From Amphiscolops sp. MND2022 (taxonomy: Eukaryota), in contig OZ076409.1 in the NCBI GenBank assembly GCA_964187785.1, positions 29,514,001 to 29,574,000 of the forward strand: DNA of 60,000 nt, written 5' to 3'. Shown here one piece after another: positions 48,820 to 60,000 of this stretch. Each line of letters opens with the position of its first letter. The first letter of the stretch is position 1. Position numbers and translations under genes: made by a program. The notes beneath the pieces were generated by a model. That model worked only from the letters and a program-made list of their open reading frames with translations. It made no database searches and had not been told where the DNA came from.

Positions 48820-51800
48820 GTCCGGACTAATTTCTATTAAGTCTTCTTCCTCTTGCGGGGAAAAATTGAAAGACTGCTATTGGTTTGTTTTTGGGAAGCG
48901 TAATCACATGATCATTACACTTGCGATAAGCAAGTGTTATGGGAAAGTGCGGGTGCTTTTTTTTTCCGCGCGACAACTCTCTGATTTCACGCGGCAACTC
49001 GCACGTTTCACGCGTTCGTGGTCTAGTGGTAAGATGCTTGCTTTTCAACCCAGAGGTTTCGTGTTCGGACCCGTGGGTATGCGCTAATTTTTTTTACAAG
49101 TATTCCGAAGCAGAAGGTTTTGACTTTTTTCGGCACTATGAGACTTTTCGGCTTAGTGAGACTTTTTTTCGGCTTTGTGAGACTTTTTTTCGAAATTTTT
49201 TAAATGTCCCCAAAGAGTCCTCCTTTCAATTTTTTGATATTTTGCAAGAGAACGAATGTTAAAAAATTCCAAAGGGTCCCTTTTTTCAGAATTTTCGGCA
49301 CTATGAGACTGTTCAAATTTCTAATTTTTTTTCAAAAATTTTTTAGACTCCCTTAATTTTTCAAAAATCTTTTAATGTCCCCGAAGCGTCCTCCTTTCAA
49401 TTTTTTGATATCTTGCAACAGAACGAATGTTATAAAATCCCAAAGGGTCCCTTCAAATTTTTCGGCACTATGCGACTTAGCGGAAACTTCAAAAAAATTC
49501 GGAAAATTTTTTCTCAATTTTTAGTTTTAAAAGACCGATCTTTTTTTATGCGACTTTTTTAAAATTTGTTTTCACCGAAGCCCCTGCTCAATTTTTACAA
49601 GAAACGAAACGTTTTGCGAAAGGACTCCTCAAGGCTTTGCGACTTACCGGAGACCATCAAAAATGTTTTCGAAAAATTTTGAATTTTTTTTCTTCTATTT
49701 TCTGTTTAAGGTTTTCCGTTGAGAAAGAATGGGTTTTTTGCTGTTTTCAGTTGGGGAAGAATGGTTTTCGAAGCTTACGCGTATCCCTTCGGGTATTTTT
49801 GGCGCTGTAAAATTGATGAAATTTTAATCTCCTTTTACCCTTGGTTTTCCGTATGATGTTTATTTGGTTTTCTTCAAAAGTTCGCAAGTGTTTGCGAAGC
49901 ACGGCTTCGCCTCTGTGTTTAAATTGATAGCCAGAACTGGCACTGCATTATTTTTCCCCACTTTAACAACCGCTGACGAAAGTTTCAAGTTTGTGGTGTC
50001 TTAAATTCTTCATCTGCAATTATCCCAATGTCCTTCCAAATTCGTCGATACTTCTATTTTTGTGTACAATATTTCTTGATTGTGCGCTTTAATTACAAGT
50101 GTTTGTGTCATACACACTGGGTATCTGGTTTTGGGAATCTTTTTCCTGCCTTTCGGAATTTTAATTTCATTTAACTGATACGTCATTTCTGGAAGTTTCA
50201 GCAAGTTTTCTCCTGGACAAATATCAATATTATACTTTTTGAAAAACGGGTTTCCTAGAACAACACTGTTCATGGATGGTAAAATCAAATTGCATCTTGA
50301 AAATCATGACAATTCACGTTAAACTTGACCTCTATTTGTGCTAAAACTTTAACTGTCCGTCCTGAGGCTACCTTTACATTTAGAAAAGGAGCTTGTTGTA
50401 GCTACGAAATTGAATTTGGACTTTCATCTTTTAGTTTTTCATAGAAGTCTGCCGCCATGGCATTTGCACAGGCTCCTGTGTCAACAAGAGCTTTTCTACG
50501 CACATTATTTTCAAATTTGAGAGGAATATACATGTGGTTTTCTCTTCAAGTGTTATAACTTCATTAATTTCGTCGTCTGGGGCTTCATTGGATTTGTTTT
50601 GCAAAGCGTGTAGCACTTCACCCTCATCTCTATCCTGCAAGTTCTCATCATGAAAACTACATGAATGGTGCATATTAAAAAGTAATGAATTATCTGGACT
50701 GTCTGACGTGTGTGGCTTTATCAGTTTTTTGGCTGTAATTTGAAAGAAATTTGACTACCTCTGCCAATTCCTCTTCCTCTTCCAGAGGCAACGCAAAGTT
50801 TTACAGTATGGTTTGGGTAACCACATGCGTAACAAACTACTTGTGAGAATTACAGTTTCAACATGTCCGCTAGTATCAGTGGTTGTCTCTACTGTAGTTT
50901 CAACATTCTGATCATTATTTTGGTAAATATTGTCAGAAGAGTTATTATTAGAGTAATTTCCTCTATTGTTTCCTCCCCAGTTACCTCTGCCTCTATTTTT
51001 TCCTCGATTGTAATTATTTCCGTATCTTCCATTACCCTGATTGTTTTGGTATTATCCTCCGCTATTACCTCTGTTATTGCTATTTCTTCTGCGATAATTT
51101 CCTCTTCCGCTGTTGTTCTGGTAGTTATTGTAGTGATTTTGATTATCAGTTTGCCCATTTTGTACAGTCGTTTCCCTTTCTGTGAGTGCATTCATCTTGC
51201 CTTCCAATGCGTTTTGGTTGTCAGGCATTTTCGTGAGCATGCTCAAAAGCTTTTCGGAATGGTCATTACTCATTAAAACCATCTCGTGATCAGTCATTTA
51301 CTGGGCAATGTTCTCTTAGTATCAGTTTTTGTCTAGCTTTTGAGCACGATTCTTGAATTGTAGCTGTTTCCGGTTCCTCAAGCATTTTCAGTCTTATGGA
51401 ATTTGGCATCGTTTTCTTGAAAAACCTAATTATATGCCTTTCTCTCTCCTTTTGTGCAAAGTTTCTACGGTTTGCGTTTTTTCTAGTTTCTCCGTCAAAT
51501 CTGTCTTGATCATTAGCCACGTTGTTATCCACTGGTGCCACTGGAAGATCCACTGGTGTTGGATAAGCTTTTAAGGCTATGTTTTGAAGTTTTACTAGAA
51601 ATTTTTCAGGCGATTCAGTCTTCTGATTAAACCTCAAATTCTCTAAGTTTATGTGGTGGATTTCTCTCAAGTTCGAATTACAGAAATGGTTTTTCAACGC
51701 TGTAAGTGTTAGTTCTAAGTCTCTGTCAGTAGCATTATCCAAATTATGGAAAAACTGCAGAGCAGAATTTTTTAGCTGTAGTTTCAAGTAACCACCTCTT

Positions 51801-52876
51801 TGCGCGGCGTCAATATTCGCTACTTCAACAAGACTTCGGAATTTGGATTCGAAATCGGTCCTATTTTTTAGACGAGGTACCTCCGAATTTTTGGATAGTA
51901 ACTAGCGATTGCGCTGCTGCCATTACCGCTAAAATTTTGAACGTTCGAGTCTCGTTTTTTTATCAATCATGAAGGTGCGAAACGGGTGTAAAGATACTGC
52001 CTCATATAATATTACTGCATTGCGCTCCAATGATATTAGCATGGTATCAGATGAATGATGAGCTGTTTGTTGTCTGAGATCAGTCAATGAAAGCAATCTG
52101 AGCGCCTTAATTAGATTACTGCTTGCTAAAGCCTAGAACAGAATAAAAGTGAACTTACATGCAAGCAGAATTTCGTATGGACTCATTGTCGTTTAAAAAT
52201 CGGCAGGTTGAAAATGACCCTCAGGTGAAGAGGTTCGCGTAGATCTTTTTAGTTCGCCCAAGTTGTCGTTTGACGTCTCTTTCGGCAGCTCCCAGTTTTG
52301 AAGTCGTCGAGGAAGTTATGTTGTCCCAGGTAGATCGTCTAGAGATGGAAATCGTCTAGAAGTAGTCTGCTAGAAGTTAAATTCCTCTAGAAATAGTCTG
52401 GTAGAAGTTGGAGTCGTTGCTGTTTTTAGATGAGTGTTTAGTTTGTACAGTTTCTCCGCGCGCAGGACTGTCACCATATTATGTATACAACTATGCTTTT
52501 TCCTTAAGGCCAGAGCGGGTTTTCTTCTCTTCTATTTCAGATATTCTAATGGAGGGGGTTCGACGAAGAAATGGTCTCTACTAAAGTCTTCCTTCAGAGA
52601 GTTCCACAAAATGAAGGTTGGTTAAAAGTCAACTATATTCTGAGTATCACAAGTTCTTACTGTTCAGTATTTAAGTTAAATCCGATGAGTTCTGAAAGGT
52701 TCAAATCTTATTCTTATCTGGAAAATACCAAATTAAACTCTCTCATTAACAGGCGTCAGTTTTGGTCAGCTTTATCGATTACAGAGGAACGTCTTAACAT
52801 AGATAAATGCTCCAGTCTCTCTATCACATCATGGAATGTGACATACTTTTAACAGTTTCTGAAACACTCTACTTCA
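48820..52876 (-). mobile_element. Degenerate Gypsy copy 2 (5' half: LTR ~52031-52876, gag, protease)
   Basis: Near-duplicate of 40920-43916 (gag ORF 51290-51787, ILPSMNSVVLGNPFF); same flank beyond the LTR as copy 1. Confidence 0.85.
48917..49918 (+). mobile_element. HINE with tRNA-like cassette, inserted at a T-run in Gypsy copy 2
   Basis: 5' ACACTTGCGATAAGCAAGTGT hairpin; 3' TCGCAAGTGT subTIR plus GCGAAGCACGGCTTCGC and CTCTGTGT. Empty site ATCATTTAAG is visible in copy 1 (41011-41020). tRNA-like segment at ~49012-49084. Confidence 0.8.
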
Positions 52877-52904
52877 GTCAATTTTGATGACTTAACATTG
52901 ATTC

Positions 52905-55900
52905 CATACAACCAGGTTCTACTTTTTCCAGGAAGGGGGCTTCCTTCCCTTTGTAAATTCAACCATTTACGTTAAAATTCTATTTTAAAATGAATTTACT
53001 ATTTTCCAATAGGCAATTTCACGACACCGGGTCTGCAATATTTGAAACGTTGTTCGAGATTGGTTTCGTTCCAGTACATCGATTGTTCAGAATTATTTAA
53101 AATAAACAAAAGGAGTGGGCAAGGTCAAAGAGGATCCGAAACTACACAAAAAGTGTCAAAAATGTCGGATCTTTTAGAAGATGTAAAAAGTGAACATGGC
53201 AAACCTTTTATTAGCCTACGGTTTTTTGCTAAAAAAACTATTCAAAGAAGAAAACAATTGAAAGAAAATTCATAGGGCTTCTTCGTTCAGCTGCTTCTAC
53301 GACTTGTCGGGTTCAGCCCTGGCGCTCAGACGCTCCGGAAGATCGGGATCTTCAGCGTCGAGTGGTGTGTGGAGTGACCAGCACCGAGAAAACAACCACT
53401 TACGGAATTTTTCTAACCGCCCTCGTACTTTCAGCCTGATACCTTCGACGAGAGGTGGTCGAAAACAAGGTATTATCAGAAATCAGCAATAAAAAATCTT
53501 TCAAGCTATGAATTTTAGCATCAAACAGACCCATCAGTCAGTTCTCATAAATAGGTCGGAAACAATCCTTCGTTTAAAAAAAAAAATTCAGTACCTTTTT
53601 ACACTCGTAGCGTAATGAATTGATCGTAATGAAATTAAATTATTCGTAAAAGGTTCTTTACATCACTGCGAGTTTCTTAAGATGTGTAATGTATGTACAA
53701 CCTTATAAAAGGATACCGTTTTGCAAAATTGGTTTCACATAGATGTTGTAATTTTCGACCAAAACATGAGATGCAAAATATCTCAACTCCGACGCAATGC
53801 CTACAGTTTAAGATAACGTTTTCTTGAGATGATCGATTTGATATGACATTTTCGGCTGATCATCAGTGTGAACGCCTATTTATTATAAGGTTTTACTTTC
53901 TTGAATTTCCATTTAATCGAGAACAAGATTCCGTGGTGATTTGACTTTGATTGATACGCATTTGGTTTTCCCCATGTTCAGGCATTGCTTATAGGTAGCT
54001 CACCAATCGTTCCTTTTTTCAGTTCTCTCAGGATCTTAATACGAAGTCCTTTATTCGGTTAAGTAACCAATAGGGTAGTGTCATCTGCGAAAAAGTCGGG
54101 TTCGTTTGAACACAAAATTCAGCCAAATCATTCGTGTATATGATAAATTGCACAGAGACTTGAAGTACATCTTTTGTGATTGCTGCACCTTTTTCGATTT
54201 AAAATTTTGATTGCGAATTCTACTTCATTGACTACAACGAATTTTTTCTTCTCAGAGAGGTATAATCTAAACGAATTCAGAACATCACCACGCATTCTCA
54301 GCCGGTTCATTTTCGCTATAAGATTTCCGTGGTCAATAGAGTCAAAAGCTTTATTCAGATCTAGGAATCCACATTCGATTCTGGATTTGGAACTTTTCTA
54401 ACCATTTCAGTTGAATTGCAATTGCATTAACTGTTGACCTTTTACAGCGGTTTCGGAATTGAGACACAGAGTAGGTCGAATTGTAGAAGGAACCTGTTTA
54501 TTCGATTGTGGACGACGGTTTAGAAAACTTCCGAAATATTTGACAGAATGAAATTGGCCGATAATTGTTCAAGTCACAATGATCCCCCGAGTTGAATGAT
54601 GTTATGACTTTCGCTATTTTAAGTCAATCAGGCAGTTTTCCTTGTTACACAGAAAGATTGATAAATTGTACTAAAATTGGAATTATCACGACGCTACTGA
54701 CTTTCAAGACTTCACAGGGTATGCCATCTACACCAGTTGATTCATTATCCTTGAGGGTTTTGCGGATTGAATTGATTTCGACCACATTAGTTGGATTGAA
54801 GTAGCGTGAGAAGGGGTCCCTCCGATTTGGTTAAGTATGGTAAATATTTCTGAATTAATTTTGGCGAGGGCTTGTTGACCGACAGTAAGTAAATGCTGAT
54901 TGAAACATACTGGTCGTCTGATATATGTTCTGCCTAAAACGTTATTCAATATACGATTGCTCTGACAACGTTTATATGATATGTTTCGTTTCGATACTTG
55001 ATTTTTCAGATTTTTGACATACCAGGGAAGTTTGACGTTTGCACCTGAGCTTGATGAAACAATCTATAATCTCCTTGATGATTGAAAAGAATAAACCTCC
55101 AAGATTTGTTTTCTTGTTAAGACTAAAATATCTCCTTAGGAGCGGCTTCTCTTTGGGTACGGTAATATACAATTTTTGCACAGATCGTATAATGGTCAGT
55201 GATACCTTTTTTCGAGACGTCACTTTCGAAAATGCTTGAATCAATGTTTTTCGCAATTACATGATCGATTAGGAAAAAACAACGTTGGACAAATCTAGGT
55301 GGTTTTTTGACCAACTGAACATAACCATCGCACTTCAAGACATTGCATATTTCAAATTAGATGTCGTGCCATTCAATAGAGAATAATTCATATTTCCAAG
55401 GTTTATTGCTTTTTCGATGTGATTGTTCAGTTTAGTCAGAATTGTATCGATAACGTTTGAGGAATTGTCCTCATTTAAGGAAGGAGAATCAAACAAACAA
55501 CAAAGGAGAATTTTTCCACTCCGATTGCCAGATAATTGGATGGTAATTATGTCAATTGTTGTTTCAATGTGTAAGTTCTTTGTTAGAGAAGCATTCAATA
55601 GAGACTACTTCACTGGCTTTGTTTACTTTTGCGACACTCAATGGTTGTTGATACCCTTGGAGTTAGATCATGGAAGGATCCGGGATGGACTTCAGTCTTG
55701 ATTCTGACAAACAAATCCTTATTGGCATGACTGTCTACTCCTGTTTTAATGAAACTAGTTCTTTCAAGTGATTTCACAGTGAACGAATGTTTAGATGCAG
55801 TACCCAAGGATCTTTTTGTCCAACTGGTTTCATTTGTTTCTATTCCATGTTTCTTCAAGGTATGGATTCTTGGAATTTTACGATCCAATCGCTACATTTT

Positions 55901-56900
55901 CCGTCGTTGACGTTTTTCGAAAGCATCAAAAGGTTAGTTCACTACCTTCATACAAACCGTTATCCTTATGAACATAATTATTGCCGTTACAAATAAAATG
56001 AATGCAGTTCCACTAGTCCACACCGATTTTATTCTACTGCCTTGCTTCATCAGGTTCACAAATTGTACCCTTGGTTGGGTGAGATGCTCAAATATACTTA
56101 CTCCGTTTATGTGTTTCCTGTTTTCTCAAACCTTTTTCTTCCTCAGCATCTCCAAACGTGCTACACGATTGGACGTTTATAGGTCCGAGTTTCTCATTGC
56201 GACCTGGTAGTCGATGAGTGATGGAAATGACAGTGTGCAATACATTCGAATCAGCATCATTAGCTTTACCGATATTTTCTACGGTTTTTTCAGATTCTTT
56301 AATAAATTTTCCAACTTGATTTTTCCTAAATTCTTCTGGCACACCAGTGATACGAATGTTCTCTCGTTGGTTATAGCTTTCCAGCAACTCTTTCAGACTT
56401 CATGTTCAGATTTAATCTCTTCCCCATGAATATCATCTGACTTAGCTACTCACTTTTGATTGACTTAATAGCCCTCATTTTGTTAATCAAATGTTCGGAT
56501 AATTGAGAGAAATGTTTTCGTAGACTTCTTTCGTCTCCGGTCTCAACACGTTTCTCAAGATCACCCACATGCAACTGTAATATTGGCTCATTTCGCTTCT
56601 CATTCTTGCTGAATCTAGTTTGCCGAGAGCAGCATAATCCTCGTATCACAATTGCGGTGGTCCATAGTGTAGATTGACTTCAATCTCTTTCGTCAAACCT
56701 CTAGCTTGCATCGTCTCTAAAACTATTTAATTAGTTTATCACAACAATTAGGCTTTTACAATAAAACTAAGAATCCATAGTTCCACGGACAAAATCCTAC
56801 TCAGATACTCACTTCTTCATTGTTGAATCCTAGTGCAACAAAATACATCCCAATGCTAAAACATTCGAAACCCGCAGAAAAAAATGCAAATTTTGTCCTC
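52905..56900 (-). mobile_element. Degenerate near full-length CR1/L2/Crack-like LINE (ORF1, APE, RT)
   Basis: ORF1 remnant LESYNQRENIRITGVPE (56088-56387); APE remnants LGNMNYSLL, FLIDHV, GITDHYTI; RT remnants KAFDSIDH and FADDTTL. Confidence 0.8.
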
Positions 56901-57782
56901 CGAAAACTGCTCCAGGCGACCCTTAAGCACGAGATTTTTCTCGCTTTGCTTTACTTCGTATGAACAAAAGTTCAAACTTGCTATTTCAAAGAAACCATTA
57001 AAAACGCGTGTTGAGATTTTTTCTAATAGGAAAATAAGGCCAGGAAATTACCAAATTTCACCCTCATAGTACCATGTTTCAAGGTACCTTCAGTGCCGTC
57101 CATGGAAAAAGTGTGTTACCTCGACAATGTTTTCATACTGACAAAATGGTTTTATTTCATTACAGCCGGATATTTTTGACAAAGTTAAGTATTTACCAAT
57201 TGATGGTTCGTTGAGGGCTTTGGATAGTCAAGAAAATGATTGGAAAAGGTCGAAATCGCTCTTGTGAACTCATTTGAGTGGAGAAGCTCCTTCTTCTCTG
57301 TAACGAAACTTGTTCAACTGAATCGTTAGCCTTACTGTTATTGGATTGATCAGTTCTGTTAGTTGATAGTTGATGAACAATTTTAAAAATTAAAAAAAAC
57401 ATCGCTCTTGAATGTTTTTATTTGGCGGTTTTGACAAAAAGTGCCATACTATTACAATGGCTTAGATTTTTTCGCCAGACCACAGGGCTCACTCTGCGTT
57501 TTATTGAGGAAAAGACTGAGGTTCGAAAAAAAAACGCTCCTATCTGTCCCAGCACTCTTTATCCGAACTTCAGACGGGGAGGCCAAATTGGGATTTTGTC
57601 ACCACTATGCGACTTTTTTCCAGTTTTTTTTCAACCGAAAGGCCTCTTTTGTTTTTTAACAGAAATAAAGCGTTTCGCGAGCAAAGTGCGTCACCTTCGG
57701 TGTTCACGGCACAATGGGACAAAACGAAGATTCATTCGAAAATTTCGGTGGAAAAATCTTTTGAAATTTTTTCCTATTTTTT

Positions 57783-60000
57783 TTCCTAGATATAGAGCAC
57801 GTTCATACTCTAGAGATAGACAATTTCCACAATAGACTTCGTCATATAGACCTCCTTCACAAGCACGAGAATCTAGGCCTTTCAGATCTAGATCAAGTTC
57901 TGAAACAAAAAAAAGTCAAAACCATTCAAACAGAACAATCAAATTCGCCTATTAACTTTGAAATACATATGTACCATCCTACAGAAATAGCTAACGCTTT
58001 AACACCTACAAGTTTTTATTCTCTATATTTATATACTCCTGAAAGATACAATGATAATGATCTTCCTTCAAGATTAGAAATCTCATTTTTTCATTTTTAT
58101 TAGATAGTGGTGCATCCATTTCAGTACTGAACTACCCTACCTATCTCACAATCGCAAAACTTCTCAAAATGACATGTAATAACAAAACAATTATTACATC
58201 AAAAACATTGACTGTTGCAAACCAAACTGAAGTTCCTATTCTACATTATTTAACTACTACCATAAATACGACTATCGAAGAAACCTCCAGACAGTTTATT
58301 ATCCCATTTGCTCTTGCATATATTAAATATAATATTCTTGGAACTCCATTCTTTGAAGAATATATACAGAACATAAAAATTCAAGACTTTACGATACAAT
58401 TCAAATACCAATCCAAAAATCAACCGAATACCATAATACTTACTTCTCTATTTTCAAAAGACTATCCATATTTCTCGTATATATACAGACTTAAATCTAA
58501 AACACAAATACGTTTAAACCCAAACTCCTCAAATTTTGCTCATTTTCCCAAAAGAACTACTACAATCTTCACTTTGGTACAACCCCCAAAACAAATTCTT
58601 TCCTACAATACCATATACTTACTTCTCTCATCTAAATTTCGTACAACTTTCAATTTCATTGAAGTTTTCACTGATGGCAAACCTGATATTTGTTCTAAAA
58701 ATATTCAAAACTCTACAAACCATATTGCAACACTCCCTAAAGGGCATATTGGTTATATTGAAGTACCTATCACAAATGAACAAGCTAAATACTATCAAAA
58801 TAAAGATCTAAACACTCTTGTACACAATGTAGCTCATACTTATCATCCAGATATAACTGAACCGATTCCGTTATCTAACTATAATACACCTACACAAGAT
58901 ATACCCTCTTTATCAAATCATTTTTCCTTCAATCAAAAAGACATGACACTCCCTACATTACACGATTCACCTCATTCCAATATATACAACGTTCAACCTA
59001 CTTCTGACACACCAAAGTCTCGCACTTTTCCTACACTACCACATTCAAAAGACAATCTCAAGTTTATAAATAAATTTAACTTCCAATTCTCTGATCCTAC
59101 CGATACCGAATATTAACATTGTGTAACTTATTGGTAAAGCACAAGAAGTGTTATGCTACACATAAAAACGATGTTGGAAAAATTGCAACTCCTTTCAGAA
59201 TACGTTTAAAACCAAATGCTCAACTTCTTACGCAACGTACTTCTAAAGTCCCTATTCATTACAGAGAAAAACATTACAACTTATCTCAATCCTCTCATTA
59301 TTATACCCAAAGGAGACTCTATTAAATGTGTTTAAGACGCCAGACGTTTGAATTCCAATACAGAACACTCCGATGAATCTTGGCCCAAAAAACCACATGT
59401 TCCACAATTAGTTCGTGCAAATAAATAATACAAGTGTGCTAAAGACATAATGTACGCAAATGCTCACACCCCCGTTGATGAAGAAACCATAAATTTTACT
59501 AGTTTTTCCTCAGGTGATAAACTGTTCGCATTCAATAGAGGTTTTTGAGGACTTAAAGGATTACCAAACTTCTTTACAAAACGAATGTCTTCTTCCTTTA
59601 AAACACTTATAGAACAAGGCTTCGCTCACGTTTATATTGACAATATTCGATTTTTTTTCTAACTCTAAAGAACATATGTTCCATTTTATTGAACAACTTA
59701 ATACTATCAGTACAAAACATATTTTGAAACTAGCTCCTGAAAAATCATTTTTTATTTTACTTGAAGTTAAATTTCTCGGACATGAAATTGGTTATAACAC
59801 AATTAAACCTGTAGACTGTAAAGTTGATGCAATTCATCAAATTCCTTCTCCTACTAGTAAAGTTGCCCTTATGAGTTTTGTCGGTGCACCTATTTTTTAT
59901 ACAAAATGTATCGAAAAACTTCACATTTATCTTGAACTTTTTTTTGATTTATTTCATGAGAATATTCCGTGTCATAGACTACTGAACATTAAGCTTTATT
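57783..60000 (+). mobile_element. Degenerate Gypsy pol relic (protease to RT), running off the window end
   Basis: FLLDSGASISVLN (~58096-58132); ORF 58169-59116 (NILGTPFF); HKNDVGKIATPFRIRLKP; VYIDNI (~59629); VKFLGHEI; many stops. Confidence 0.8.

Noticed and set aside
49012..49084. Functional tRNA genes here and at 39721-39787
   Set aside because: Acceptor and anticodon stems do not pair cleanly, and both lie inside mobile elements; treated as tRNA-derived.

Overview
Eukaryotic, animal-like, transposon-rich genomic DNA with GT-AG introns; no prokaryotic features. Two host genes lie head-to-head: an 8-exon CFAP69 ciliary gene on the minus strand (33431->8932, ~982 aa reconstructed from splice sites) and a 3-exon 2H-phosphoesterase (LigT/LENG9-like) gene on the plus strand (35594->37697, ~341 aa). 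The rest is mobile DNA: the 5' half of a young Gypsy-type LTR element (LTR 5071-5785, gag), degenerate Gypsy and CR1/L2-type LINE copies in a local duplication (38-57 kb), a further Gypsy relic (57.8-60 kb), many Helentron-type non-autonomous elements (HINE/DINE-1 architecture) and MITEs. The standout is in the 18.5-kb intron 5 of CFAP69: a 15.9-kb head-to-tail array (14097-30034) of eight non-coding units of 1973-2009 bp, mostly non-identical, each joined to the next through one shared CTAG and carrying several hairpins whose pairing is kept by compensatory changes. It resembles a rolling-circle (Helitron/HUH-like) family, but its junctions, unit heterogeneity and fixed unit length suggest a self-targeting cassette array (inference). 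All alignments and family calls were made by eye; no database searches were run.
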